Assembly: GCA_038230375.1 (NCBI GenBank)
Contig: JBBRNJ010000014.1
Coordinates: 70,165 to 134,164 of the forward strand
Length of the DNA: 64,000 bases
Direction of reading: 5' to 3'
Origin: Polyangiales bacterium
Lineage (GTDB): Bacteria > Myxococcota_A > Polyangia > Polyangiales > Polyangiaceae
Positions 38,089-48,325 of this stretch are shown one piece after another. The translations under genes and the position numbers were made by a program. The first letter of the stretch is position 1. Every line of letters starts with the position of its first letter. The notes under the pieces were generated by a model. The model was not told the DNA's origin, ran no database searches, and saw only the letters and a list, made by a program, of their open reading frames with translations.

Positions 38089-39486
38089 TCAGAGGCCGTT
38101 CGCGTCAACCGCATTCGGCGGCTTCGCCTGGGGCTGCGATTGCTGCGCCGGCGGGTTCGCGGGCGGAGCGGCCTGCACGGCGGCCTTCGGCTTCGCGGGC
38201 GACGGTGCCTTGCGCGCCGCGACCTGGTTCAGCGAATTGAGGGCTGCCTGCGCGCGCGCCTGATGCGAGGGCACCGCGAGCAACTGCGTGTACTTTGCAC
38301 GTGCCACGTCGGTGGAGCCCAGCTCCGCGTAGCAATTCGCGCCTTCGAGCGTGGCGTCCGCGCCGACGTAGCTGCTACCGCCGCGCTGACCGACGGAGTC
38401 GTAGCGTGCGACTGCGGTGCCACAGCCCTGGCCGTCGCGCACGGCGCGCGCAGCCCACAGGCTTGCGTTCAGATCGCCGCCCTGCGACGCGCGATCGAAC
38501 GACTGCGTGGCCTTCGGAAACTGGCGGCCACTGTAGGCAGTCATGCCTTGCGCAAAGTCGTCGCCCTGGCCCTCTTTCTTCGCATAGCCGTTCGCCGACT
38601 CGGAGGCGGCCTGCTGGCTCATGCCTGCGCCAGAGCCTCGGCCATCATTCGCGCCACCAGCACCACCGGCTGCAGCATACGCGGAGGGCGGGGGAGGTGA
38701 GGCAGGAGCAGGAGCGCCACCCGGCGCGCCCGCGTTGGAGATGGAGTTCTTCTTGTCTTCCTCGTCGCGGTCGAGCGCAGCGGTGGTGGGGCGTGGTGCA
38801 CTCCGCGCCATCGCTCCCTTGCCGACCGGGCCCCGCGCGCTCGGGTCCATGGTTCGCTGGGACTCCAGATCGCTCTTCGTAAGATCCTTCGGCACGTCGT
38901 CCGCGAGCGCGAGCGACGTACTGCCGGTCGCGCCGCTGGCGCCCGAGGCCGTCGCGGCCGGAGCCGCAGCGGGCGGAAGCGTGGCGAAGGACGGCTCGAG
39001 CGGGCCGTGCGCATTGCGCGCCGCGTTCGGGCCGAGCGTGTCCGGGCTTACCGCGTTGGGCGCCGCGACCGGCGAGCCCTCCTGCGCGACGGTGATGGGC
39101 GCGGAGGATGACCGCAGAGACTGCGGACGCCCCTTGAGGAGGAACGTCGTGGAACCGATCATGAGGAGGAACAGCGCCGCCATCGCCGTCTGCGGGCGCA
39201 TGGCCCAGCGGCCGGCGATCGAGATGACATTGCTGGTGCGCGAGCGGATCGGAACGACCTTGCGGGCCTCCTTCTCGGCCGCGAAGATGCGCTCCTCCAG
39301 GCTGGGCGGAGCGTCCTCGAGAACGAGCGCAGCGGACACCGCTTCCCGCGTTCCACGAAGGTCGCTCAGGATCGCGATGCAGCGCGAACAGCCCGCGACG
39401 TGGCGGCGCACGAGGGCGCTCGTCACGTCATCAAGCTCTCCATAGAGCTCGTCGAGCATCAGTTCTTCGCACTTCTCGCAGTCCAT
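38089..39486 (-). CDS. Zinc-binding (ZAS) transmembrane anti-sigma factor with periplasmic TPR-like end
   Basis: MDC...HVAGCSRC (HxxxCxxC), one TM, Ala/Pro/Ser linker, helical repeats; directly downstream of an ECF sigma gene. Confidence 0.85.
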   Translation of the reverse strand: MDCEKCEELMLDELYGELDDVTSALVRRHVAGCSRCIAILSDLRGTREAVSAALVLEDAPPSLEERIFAAEKEARKVVPIRSRTSNVISIAGRWAMRPQTAMAALFLLMIGSTTFLLKGRPQSLRSSSAPITVAQEGSPVAAPNAVSPDTLGPNAARNAHGPLEPSFATLPPAAAPAATASGASGATGSTSLALADDVPKDLTKSDLESQRTMDPSARGPVGKGAMARSAPRPTTAALDRDEEDKKNSISNAGAPGGAPAPASPPPPSAYAAAGGAGGANDGRGSGAGMSQQAASESANGYAKKEGQGDDFAQGMTAYSGRQFPKATQSFDRASQGGDLNASLWAARAVRDGQGCGTAVARYDSVGQRGGSSYVGADATLEGANCYAELGSTDVARAKYTQLLAVPSHQARAQAALNSLNQVAARKAPSPAKPKAAVQAAPPANPPAQQSQPQAKPPNAVDANGL

Positions 39487-39515
39487 GATCGTTCTCGAAT
39501 GTTCTCTGTAAGGTT

Positions 39516-39550
39516 TCGTTGTCTGGCTTCGTTGTCTGGTCGTTGTCTGG
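39516..39550. repeat. Three copies of the 11-mer TCGTTGTCTGG
   Basis: Exact copies at 39516-39526, 39529-39539 and 39540-39550, between the sigma and anti-sigma genes. Confidence 0.85.
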
Positions 39551-39559
39551 TGTCGCGTC

Positions 39560-40171
39560 TTACTTCAGCGCTCTCGCCATGTCCTCGTACTCACCAAGGG
39601 CTTCTTTGAGGCGCTCGAGCGCGTACCGCATCCTGCTCTTCACCGTGTTCTCGGGGACGCCGATGATCTCGGCGATCTCCTTGAAAGGTAAGTTCGATAC
39701 TTCGCGCATCAAGAAGACTTCTTTCTGGTCCTCTGGAAGCGTCTCCACGGCGGCGGTGATGCGCAAGCCCAGTTCGTTGCTGGTGGCCTTGCGATCGGTG
39801 CCGGCCTTGGGATCCGCCGTCTGATCGAGCAGCGTCGGCCCTTCGCCCTCGCGGTCCTTCGACTCGTCGAGCGAGGCGTGCCGCCTGAGCGCGTTCTTCC
39901 TCATCTGGTCGATGCAGAGGTTTCTCACGATGGTGTAGACCCACGTCGTAAAGCGCGATTCCTGCTTGAAATCGTGGACGCCCTGGACGACGCGCACGAA
40001 GGCCTCCTGCACCACGTCCTCTGCCAGCTCCGTCGCGCGCAGCTGTCTGAGCGCGAAGTTGTAGAGCGGCGTCTGATGCCGGCGCACGAGCTCGGCGAAA
40101 GCACTGCGGTCCCCCTCGCGATAGCGAGAGAGGAGCGCTTCGTCGCTCACGCCAGGGCGCGCCAGGCTCAT
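39560..40171 (-). CDS. ECF RNA polymerase sigma factor
   Basis: AEDVVQEAF, FTTWVYTIVRNLCID and region 4 EIAEIIGVPENTVKSRMRYA. Confidence 0.95.
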   Translation of the reverse strand: MSLARPGVSDEALLSRYREGDRSAFAELVRRHQTPLYNFALRQLRATELAEDVVQEAFVRVVQGVHDFKQESRFTTWVYTIVRNLCIDQMRKNALRRHASLDESKDREGEGPTLLDQTADPKAGTDRKATSNELGLRITAAVETLPEDQKEVFLMREVSNLPFKEIAEIIGVPENTVKSRMRYALERLKEALGEYEDMARALK

Positions 40172-40256
40172 CCGCCGTCCAGGTGTGGGCGGAGCTTCGA
40201 GCCATGGAGCGCTGCGCATTCGATGCGAACACCGGGTAGTGCATTTCCTTGGCAGA

Positions 40257-40283
40257 TAGGACGGACAGGCGCGCTCAAAGTTC
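40257..40283 (-). promoter_or_regulatory. Candidate autoregulatory ECF (RpoE-type) promoter
   Basis: Minus strand GAACTT-N16-TCCTA (AAC-N17-GTC), about 85 nt upstream of the sigma ATG. Confidence 0.6.
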
Positions 40284-40581
40284 TTTTTCCGCTGGCCATG
40301 CTCGCGCCGTAGCCAGGGGCCCGTCAACTCCACAACCAAAGTCAGTAACAAGGTCGCCTACATGGCACCACATCTGGACTGCGCGCCCGTGCGCCATCCC
40401 ATCCCGGGAACGTTTCGGTCAGCCGGTGCAACAAGAGATGCGCTTCGTGTTCAGTGTCGGTTGCATGGAGTAGACCGGACGTCATAGAGTGGCGCCCGGT
40501 GTCCTGCGGACAAGCCGCGCTTGGTTGCAGCAGACCTCACTAGCGTTCATCAAATTCGGATCGGAAAAAAGGGGACTACGC

Positions 40582-41496
40582 ATGCGACGTCCGGCAACCA
40601 TCCTTGCCTTCACTTTCCTCGGCTTCCTCGGCGCAGCGTCCCTTGGCACCCTCGCCACTGCCGCCGATCCTCCGAAGCCCGCCGCCGCGAAGCCCGCCAC
40701 CGCCGCGAAGCCAGCGACAAGCGCCGCGCCTGCAGGATCTGCGATGGCCACCGCGCCCGCCGCTTCTGGCGCACCCATGGCGGCCTCCTCCGCGCCGACC
40801 TCTGTCGCCGGGCCCTCCGCGCCCACGGCGACCGGTCAGGGAGCTGTCGAGAAGCCCGCGATGGACGGCGCCACGTACTCGGTTCGCCTGCGCGATCTCG
40901 AGGCCCGCGTGGACGAGCTGAAGGATCAGATTCGTCGCAGCCACACCCGGCTCGCGCTGCTCTCCGACACGATCCTCACGGGCGGCGCCGCTGGCTCGCG
41001 CTCCGAGGTCGTCTACCACAACGAAATGTCGAGCGCGTTCCGCCTCACCCGCGCGCTCTTCGTGATCGACGGCACGGTCCAGTACAACAAGTCGGACGAC
41101 ACCGGCGCGCTCGCTGATCAGAAGGAGATCCCGATCTTCAGCGGCTCGATCCCCCCGGGCGATCACACGGTGCAAGTCGTGCTGAATTTCCAGGGCAACG
41201 GCTACGGCGTCTTCACGTACCTGCGCGGCTACAAGTTCGAGGTGAAGTCCGCGCACTCCTTCACCGCGGTCGAGGGCAAGACCCTCACGCTCACTGCCAC
41301 GTCGCTCGAGAAGGGCGGCGTCACTACACCGCTCGAGCAGCGCCCGAGCATCGAGTGGAACGAGAAGGTGCAGGGCCTTGGCGCAAGCTCACTGCCGGCC
41401 GCGCCCGCACAGCCGCAAGCGCCCGGCGCAAGTGGTGGCGCAAGCACTACACCCGGTGGGGCAAGCGGGAACTTGTCCGTCGGGACAGGCAAGTAA
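40582..41496 (+). CDS. Exported protein: Ala/Pro linker, coiled coil, beta-sandwich
   Basis: Signal peptide, PAAAKPAT repeats, LRDLEARVDELKDQI coiled coil, beta-rich domain with PPGDHTV; first gene of the TPR operon. Confidence 0.75.
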   Translation: MRRPATILAFTFLGFLGAASLGTLATAADPPKPAAAKPATAAKPATSAAPAGSAMATAPAASGAPMAASSAPTSVAGPSAPTATGQGAVEKPAMDGATYSVRLRDLEARVDELKDQIRRSHTRLALLSDTILTGGAAGSRSEVVYHNEMSSAFRLTRALFVIDGTVQYNKSDDTGALADQKEIPIFSGSIPPGDHTVQVVLNFQGNGYGVFTYLRGYKFEVKSAHSFTAVEGKTLTLTATSLEKGGVTTPLEQRPSIEWNEKVQGLGASSLPAAPAQPQAPGASGGASTTPGGASGNLSVGTGK

Positions 41497-41498
41497 CA

Positions 41499-43886
41499 AT
41501 GCGCGCCCGTCACGCACTGCGCCTATCGGGTGCTGTCGCGATCTTCCTCTTCTCGCTCGCGGGGACGGCGTCGGCCGACTCCGGAGCGAACGTGAGCACT
41601 GCTCAGTCGGAGCTCACGAACGTCGATCGCGAGTCGGGCCTGGTCCAGGGCGCCGTCGATCGCGCGAAGGCGCAGAAGATGACGCCGGAGCAGCGCCTGA
41701 CCAACGCGGAGCTGCTCTACCGCACGAAGGACTACGCGCGCGCCAGCGTCGTCTTTTCGGAGATCATGGAGGAGTACCCCAACACGCCGTCGTACACCGA
41801 CGCGCTGTGGCTCCTCGGCGAGACCTACTACGCCTCGCACGAGTACCTCTCGGCGCGCCGTGAGTACCGCGAGATCGTCGCGCACGGAACGGAGCCGCGC
41901 TATTCGCCGTACTTCGGCAAGGCGCTCGCTCGCCTCGTGGACGTGTGTCTTCGCGTCGGTGACATCAAGGGTCTCGACGAGGTCTTCTCCGCGCTGAACC
42001 AGGTGCCGCCGGCACAGGTGGACGCCGCGCTGCTCTACGCGAAGGGCAAGGCGTACTACGCGAAGAAGGATTGGAACAACGCGAGCAGCGCGTTCCAGTC
42101 GGTTCCCGTGGGCTCGCTCTACACGCATCAGGCGCGGTACTTCCTGGGCCTCGTGGCCATGAAGACCACGGCACCGGGCACGCCCGCGAGCCCGGATGGG
42201 ACCCGTCGCGCGATACCTGCGAACTACAAGGGTTCGATCGACGTCTTCAAGCAGGTCACGGACCTGGCGCCCGACTCGGAGGAGCACCGCGAAGTCATCG
42301 ACCTCTCGTTCATGGCCATGGGCCGCCTCTACTACGAGATGGAGCAGTACACGTCGGCCGCGGAGATGTACCAGAAGGTCGCCCGCGACTCGAAGGACTT
42401 CTCCACGATGCTCTACGAGCTCGCGTGGGTCTACGTTCGCCTCGGGGACGTGCAACGCGCAGAGCGCGCGCTCGAGGTGCTCAGCATCGCCGACCCCGGT
42501 GGTCCGCTCGTTGGCGAGGGCTCGCTCCTTCGCGCCGACCTGCTCCTTCGCGCAGGTGCATTCGAGAAGTCGCTGCAGCTCTACGAGAGCGTGAAGAAGC
42601 AGTATGACCCGATGCGCGCGCAGGTGGAGACGTTCCTCGACTCCACGACCGACGTGCGGGTCTACTACGACAAGCTCTCGCAGCAGTCGCTGGATGCGCT
42701 GGAGCAGAAGGACCAGCTCCCGCCGCTGGCTGTCCGCTGGGCGCGCGAAGCGGAGGACGGCCCCATGGCGTTCGCCGTCATCGACGACGTCAACCAGTGC
42801 AAGTCGCTCATTCGTCAGAGCTACATGCTCGTCGACAAGCTCAACACGATCATCAGCGCGGCGAACCGCGCGCGTGCATTCCCGGATCTGCTTGCGGGGC
42901 AGGAGCGCGCGCTCGGTTTGCTCAATCGCGTGGCACGCGCCCGGCTCGAGCTCGCGAAGGGCCTCGACTCCGAGGAGCCGTCCGTTCTTTCTGGCGAGAT
43001 CGCCCAGGTGCGGGCGCAGCGTCGCGAGCTGATGGGCCAGATCGCATCCCTCCCCACGAACAGCGCCGACTTCGCCGGGTTCGACTACGCGGGCCTCAAG
43101 TCCTGGAACACCGTCTCGCAGGATCTCACGCGCCAGAACCTGGAGGTCGATCACCTGCAGGCCACCGTCAACGGGCTCCGCCGCATGTTGCGCGAGGACG
43201 GACAACGTGGCGTTGCACGCGACGACGCGACGACCAAGCGCTTCACCGACGAGCTCGACGCGAACGAGAAGGATCTCAAGAAGCATCTCGACACCATCGC
43301 GGACCTGAAGCGCCAGGTGGAGATCGGGCGTGCGCAGGTCGGCCTCGGCGACGCGCGCTACCAGGGGCATGCGCTTGCTCGCGTTCAGTTCCGCGATGCG
43401 CTCGAGCGCGAGGTCCAGCTTGCCTCGCAAGGGCAAGCGGGCGGCGCATCTGGATACGCCACGCGCATCACGCCGCTCCTCCAGCAGGCGCGCGCGGAAG
43501 AGGACAAGCTCACGGCGGCCTTTCAGCAGCTGCAGACCGAGGTCGACTCTCGCATCGGTCAGCTACGCGAGAAGATCGACGCGGAGCGCGTGAAGATCGA
43601 CGGCTTCAACATCACCCTCGCCGCGTACGACACGGAGGCCAAGCAGCTCGTTGGAGAGGTCGCGAAGCGCAACTTCGAGATCGTCCGCGAGAAGCTCCGC
43701 AACATCGTGCTTCGCGCCGACGTCGGCATCACCGAGCAGGCGTGGGAGGTCCGCGAGGAGGAGCTCGACCGCGTGCACAACCTGCAGACGGAGCGCGCTC
43801 GTGAAGAGCAGCTCCTGGACGAGGAGCTGCGTGAGGTCCTCGACGACTCCGGCGAGACCAACACCCTCGGCCCGGCCAAGAAGTGA
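41499..43886 (+). CDS. Periplasmic TPR + coiled-coil protein (GltC-like by position)
   Basis: Signal peptide, TPRs (YPNTPSYTDALWLLGETYY; MLYELAWVY), long C-terminal coiled coil. Confidence 0.75.
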   Translation: MRARHALRLSGAVAIFLFSLAGTASADSGANVSTAQSELTNVDRESGLVQGAVDRAKAQKMTPEQRLTNAELLYRTKDYARASVVFSEIMEEYPNTPSYTDALWLLGETYYASHEYLSARREYREIVAHGTEPRYSPYFGKALARLVDVCLRVGDIKGLDEVFSALNQVPPAQVDAALLYAKGKAYYAKKDWNNASSAFQSVPVGSLYTHQARYFLGLVAMKTTAPGTPASPDGTRRAIPANYKGSIDVFKQVTDLAPDSEEHREVIDLSFMAMGRLYYEMEQYTSAAEMYQKVARDSKDFSTMLYELAWVYVRLGDVQRAERALEVLSIADPGGPLVGEGSLLRADLLLRAGAFEKSLQLYESVKKQYDPMRAQVETFLDSTTDVRVYYDKLSQQSLDALEQKDQLPPLAVRWAREAEDGPMAFAVIDDVNQCKSLIRQSYMLVDKLNTIISAANRARAFPDLLAGQERALGLLNRVARARLELAKGLDSEEPSVLSGEIAQVRAQRRELMGQIASLPTNSADFAGFDYAGLKSWNTVSQDLTRQNLEVDHLQATVNGLRRMLREDGQRGVARDDATTKRFTDELDANEKDLKKHLDTIADLKRQVEIGRAQVGLGDARYQGHALARVQFRDALEREVQLASQGQAGGASGYATRITPLLQQARAEEDKLTAAFQQLQTEVDSRIGQLREKIDAERVKIDGFNITLAAYDTEAKQLVGEVAKRNFEIVREKLRNIVLRADVGITEQAWEVREEELDRVHNLQTERAREEQLLDEELREVLDDSGETNTLGPAKK

Positions 43887-46800
43887 CGCGAGCGGGGATC
43901 AAGACCATGACTATGCAGCGCACGACACCTAGCTTGAAGAAACGGTTCGTCCTTCCCACGCTTGCCGCCGCCATGTTCGCGGCCCTCGCCACGTTGCCCT
44001 CGGGAGACGTGTCAGCGCAGACGGCCAAGGACGCGGGAGCTCCCGCGGCCAAGGACGCAGGCGCCACGATGGCGGCCACCGCGCCCCCTGGTGCTACCGC
44101 CGGTGACGGAGGTGCAGGCGTCACGACTGCTCCGACGGCGACGGCAGATGCTGATGGTGGCGCGGCTCCTGGCGCGCAGGGCTCTGGCTATCAGGCTCCG
44201 CAGCAGCGGAAGTCCTCACCGCCACCGCCGCCGCCCACGCCCGAGCAGATCGCTGCTCTGGCGGCGCTGCAAGGGCAGATGGACACGTACGAGCGCGGTG
44301 CGCGCGAGTATCGGGACACCGTCACCACGATCATCAAGCTCCACTACGAGTCGAAGAAGCGCGAGATCCTGTCAGGCCTCGACCGCGAGATCGGCATCGA
44401 GAAGGCGGAGCTCAAGAAGGCGCGCGACAACGCGATCCTGAAGCTCGAGGAGTTCGTCAAGACGTACGACGGTCCGCGCGCCCACCCGGAGGCAACGCCC
44501 GACGCAATGTATCGCCTTGCCGCCCTCTACGAGGAACGCGCGCGCTCCGAGGACGCGACGCAGCCTCTCGAGGACGGGTTGAAGCCCGCCATCGCGCTCT
44601 ACAAGCGCGTCATCACCGAGTACTCGGGCGATCCCAAGAACCCCAAGAAGCCCCAGTACCGCGAGCTCGCGGGCATCTACTACTTCCTTGGCCACGCCTA
44701 CAACGATGCAGGCCGCACGGACGAATCGCAGCAGGTGTGGCGCTCGCTCGTTTGCCACAACAAGTTCCCGTACCCCACGAAGGCCGATCCGGATCCGAAG
44801 AAGGCCGGTCACGACTTCATCAACCCGCTGCCGCAGGATCACGACGAGGCGTACTGGGAGGCGTGGCGCAACAAGTACCCGCGCCCCGACTCGCTCAAGA
44901 AGGGCGGCCCCGACACCAAGTACCTCGAGGTCTACCCATCCGACTGCACGCCCGTCATCCAGCCAGGTCTCTTCCCCGGCGACGAGCCGAAGTACGTGGC
45001 CGAGGTGTGGTGGCAGATCGGAAACTGGGAGTTCGATCAGCAGGACCTGGGGTCCGGCGTGACCAAGATCGAGTCCGCCGCGGTCTATGGCTACAACCGC
45101 GCGTCGTCCGCCTACCTCTGGGCGATGAAGTTCAAGAAGCCGCCGCTATTCGGCGTCTCGCTCTACAAGTATGCCTGGGCGCTCTTCAAGCAGCAGCGCT
45201 ACGAGGCCGCCACGAAGGAGTTCGTCCACCTCCTCACGTACACCGACGAGCAGCAGAAGCTCACCGGTGACTCGGGCGCGGACTTCCGCAGCGAGGCGTA
45301 CACGTACATCGCCGGCTCGCTCACCAACGCCGACTTCACGGGCCCCGCGGTGGACGATCCGTTCATCACCCGTCCGGACATCATCGACGACCCGAAGATG
45401 ACGCCCGACATGGTGGAGAAGAAGCTCCACATCGCGATCGATCGCGTGAAGGATCCCGCGCTCATCCCGCAGGACAAGCCCTGGACGATCGAGATCTACA
45501 AGGGCCTCGCTGGCGAGTTCCGCAGCCTGAACCAGTTCAACAACTCGATCGAGGTCTACCAGGCCATCCTCAAGAAGTGGCCGCTCGACCCCACCGCGCC
45601 GGATGTCCAGAACTCCGTCGCCGAGACCTACGACCAGCTCAACGCCACGAAGAACAAGCCGGGCACGCCCGAGTTCGACAGCGTTGCGACGAAGGCGCTC
45701 GAGGCCCGCACGAACCTCGCGAACTACATCGGCAACACGCCGTGGACGGACGCGAACAAGGACAACCCCGCCGCGCTTCAGAACGCGGAGCGGCTCGTCC
45801 GCGGCGGTCTTCGTCAAGCCGCGGCCACGCACACGAACAACGGCAAGGCGCAGCTGGTTGCTGCCGCTGACACCGGCGATCTCCCCCGTCAGGTGGAGCT
45901 CCTTGGTCGTGCGCTCAGCGAGTACAAGCTCGCGGCGCTTGGCTGGCAGGGCTACCTGAAGCAGGACGAGAACGCGCCCGACGCCTACGAGAGCCGTTAC
46001 TGGCTCGCGGACGCGCGACGCCAGGTCGTCCGCATCGAGGTCGTGCTCCACAAGCTCCAGCCCGCGAAGTGGCAGGAGCCCGTGAAGAAGGACATCGACG
46101 ACGCGATGGCAGCCGCCATCGAGGTCCGCGACTCCAACGAGGACGACAAGTACCTCGACAACGCGGCCTTCTTCGTCGTCGACGTGAGCGACGTCGATCG
46201 CGATCTCGCGTACCAGCGCTTCGACGACAAGACCAGCGGCGGCGTACAGAAAAAAGACGCCGTGAAGTTCGACTCCGACGACGTCGCCGTCCGCAAGGTC
46301 ATCAGCGAGCCCGTTCCGCCAGTCGTCCTCTTCGGTATCCAGGCGCGCGACGAGTTCGTGCAGCGCGTCCCGCCGCAGCTGGACTCCGCGAAGCACGGCA
46401 TCGAGTACCAGTTCTACAACGCCGAGACGTACTTCCTCTATGGCAACTTCGACCAGGCTCGCGCCCGGTACGAGCCCATGTGGAAGGAGCACTGCGGCAA
46501 GGACGAGTACGGCTTCAAGGCGTGGGAGAAGCTCATCACCATGTCGAACCTCTCGCGCGACAGCGCGCGTTCGACCGAGCTCGCCCAGAACGAGAAGGAC
46601 CACACATGCGCGTTCAACGCGAGCCAGGCCGGCGCGGCTGGCGTGCTCGTGAACCCGACGTTGCAAGAGGCGGCGTACATCAACGCGCGCAAGAAGTTCG
46701 AGCAGGCGTGCGAGGTGCCCGTAGGCTCCGGCGCGTGCAAGAACCCGGGCGACCCGGCGAAGAAGAAGCTCTGGGGCGAGGCCGCGGGTCTCTACGAGGC

Positions 46801-48283
46801 CGCGCTCACCGCGGCGCCTGGTCGTGACGAGGCGCCCGAGGCCGCGATGAACGCCGCCTATGCGTACAAGCAGATCGGCGACTTCAACAAGGCGATCGAG
46901 CTCTACAACAAGTTCATCGCTGCCTACGGCAGTGAGGACAACCTCAACAAGCTTCAGAAGGGCGACGCCAAGAGCAAGACGGGGCCGGACGCCAAGAAGT
47001 ACGCGCAGCGCCTGCAGTACCTGAACGACGCGTACGATGCGCTCGGCTCCACGTACTACGGCTTCTTCAACTACCAGCGCGCGGCGGAGACCTTCGACAA
47101 GGTCGCCTCCAACGAGCGCTTCGCGCCCGACAAGCGCAAGGTGATGGCGAAGAACGCGATGGCGATCTTCGCGAGCATGGGTCAGCGCGACAAGATGGAG
47201 GCGGAGTACCGCACCTTCTCGAAGCTCTCTCCGAACCCCGAAGAGAAGGTCAACGCGGACTACCTGCGCGCGGACTACGACCACAAGCAGTGGAACCCGA
47301 CGGGCGGCACCACCGGTACGAACAACCAGACGCGTGCGGCGGCGACGCAGTCGCTCACGCAGTTCTTCCAGGCGAACAAGACGTCCGTGTCGGGCGCCAA
47401 GTACGAGGTCGAGTCCGCGTACAACATTGCCAAGATGATGCAGTCGGTCCAGGATCCCACGTGGCACCTCTGGTTCCACAACACGATCGTGGCGTGGCAG
47501 GCGTTCAACAAGGTGTCGCCCGACAAGGCGAACACGCCGCCGTACTCGGACTACGCGGCAGAGGCGGACTTCATCCTCGTCGACGAGCAGATCCACACGA
47601 ACTACGATCTGCCGGAGTCGCGCTTCAAGTACGCGGGCGCCGTGAACGACATCGTCGGCGGCGTCGACGCGCAGGGCAAGACCCTTCCCAAGGGCCTGTT
47701 CCAGAAGAACGTCGACCTCGCGGACAAGTGGGACAAGGAGCTCGACCGGATCGTCCACACGTACCAGTCGCTCGAATGGGTCCCCGCCGCGTATGCGCGT
47801 CGCGGCCAGATCTACGACACGCTCCGCACGAGCCTCTACAACGTCGTTCCCCCTGCGCTGAAGTACTTCACGCCGGCGGAGGACACGTTCCTCAAGAAGC
47901 TCGAGAACAGCGGCCGCGACGACCTCGCCGAGAAGGCAGACGCAGTGCGCACGGCGAAGAAGGAGTTCTGGCGCACGAAGAAGGACCAGGAGCTCGCCGG
48001 CGCCGACCAGCTCATGATCCGTCACTACGCCTCCGCAAAGAAGCTCGCCACCAAGTACAACGTGCGAAACACGTACGTGCAGAAAGCGATCTCGCGGCTC
48101 GCGTACTTCACCGACATCCTCGGTGACGACAAGCTCAACACCTACGTGACGAGCTCCGCCGACCCGACGGACCCCTCGCGAAAGATGACGTACTCACCGG
48201 GCGAGTTCGTCCAGACCCGCCCTGGTCTCACGTCCGTTCCTCCGCCGAACGGCGCTGCCATTCCGCTGCCTGCAGCGCCCTGA
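43883..48283 (+). CDS. Large periplasmic TPR protein (GltD/AgmU-like)
   Basis: Signal peptide, PDAMYRLAALY, LYKYAWALFK...DFRSEA, many TPR helices; GTGA overlap with the previous gene. Confidence 0.75.
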   Translation: MTRAGIKTMTMQRTTPSLKKRFVLPTLAAAMFAALATLPSGDVSAQTAKDAGAPAAKDAGATMAATAPPGATAGDGGAGVTTAPTATADADGGAAPGAQGSGYQAPQQRKSSPPPPPPTPEQIAALAALQGQMDTYERGAREYRDTVTTIIKLHYESKKREILSGLDREIGIEKAELKKARDNAILKLEEFVKTYDGPRAHPEATPDAMYRLAALYEERARSEDATQPLEDGLKPAIALYKRVITEYSGDPKNPKKPQYRELAGIYYFLGHAYNDAGRTDESQQVWRSLVCHNKFPYPTKADPDPKKAGHDFINPLPQDHDEAYWEAWRNKYPRPDSLKKGGPDTKYLEVYPSDCTPVIQPGLFPGDEPKYVAEVWWQIGNWEFDQQDLGSGVTKIESAAVYGYNRASSAYLWAMKFKKPPLFGVSLYKYAWALFKQQRYEAATKEFVHLLTYTDEQQKLTGDSGADFRSEAYTYIAGSLTNADFTGPAVDDPFITRPDIIDDPKMTPDMVEKKLHIAIDRVKDPALIPQDKPWTIEIYKGLAGEFRSLNQFNNSIEVYQAILKKWPLDPTAPDVQNSVAETYDQLNATKNKPGTPEFDSVATKALEARTNLANYIGNTPWTDANKDNPAALQNAERLVRGGLRQAAATHTNNGKAQLVAAADTGDLPRQVELLGRALSEYKLAALGWQGYLKQDENAPDAYESRYWLADARRQVVRIEVVLHKLQPAKWQEPVKKDIDDAMAAAIEVRDSNEDDKYLDNAAFFVVDVSDVDRDLAYQRFDDKTSGGVQKKDAVKFDSDDVAVRKVISEPVPPVVLFGIQARDEFVQRVPPQLDSAKHGIEYQFYNAETYFLYGNFDQARARYEPMWKEHCGKDEYGFKAWEKLITMSNLSRDSARSTELAQNEKDHTCAFNASQAGAAGVLVNPTLQEAAYINARKKFEQACEVPVGSGACKNPGDPAKKKLWGEAAGLYEAALTAAPGRDEAPEAAMNAAYAYKQIGDFNKAIELYNKFIAAYGSEDNLNKLQKGDAKSKTGPDAKKYAQRLQYLNDAYDALGSTYYGFFNYQRAAETFDKVASNERFAPDKRKVMAKNAMAIFASMGQRDKMEAEYRTFSKLSPNPEEKVNADYLRADYDHKQWNPTGGTTGTNNQTRAAATQSLTQFFQANKTSVSGAKYEVESAYNIAKMMQSVQDPTWHLWFHNTIVAWQAFNKVSPDKANTPPYSDYAAEADFILVDEQIHTNYDLPESRFKYAGAVNDIVGGVDAQGKTLPKGLFQKNVDLADKWDKELDRIVHTYQSLEWVPAAYARRGQIYDTLRTSLYNVVPPALKYFTPAEDTFLKKLENSGRDDLAEKADAVRTAKKEFWRTKKDQELAGADQLMIRHYASAKKLATKYNVRNTYVQKAISRLAYFTDILGDDKLNTYVTSSADPTDPSRKMTYSPGEFVQTRPGLTSVPPPNGAAIPLPAAP

Positions 48284-48325
48284 CAGCCAACAGAAGACGG
48301 AACGGAATAGCTGTAAGGTACACCC

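Noticed and set aside
40582..41496. Dihydrolipoamide acyltransferase-like call from the Ala/Pro/Lys linker
   Set aside because: Low-complexity resemblance only; it has a signal peptide and no lipoyl or catalytic motifs.
45146..48025. 959-aa minus-strand ORF and similar long antisense ORFs (e.g. 41523..43436, 35797..37287, 4965..6545)
   Set aside because: Shadow frames of well-supported genes; high GC3 removes stops on the opposite strand, and no motifs are recognisable.
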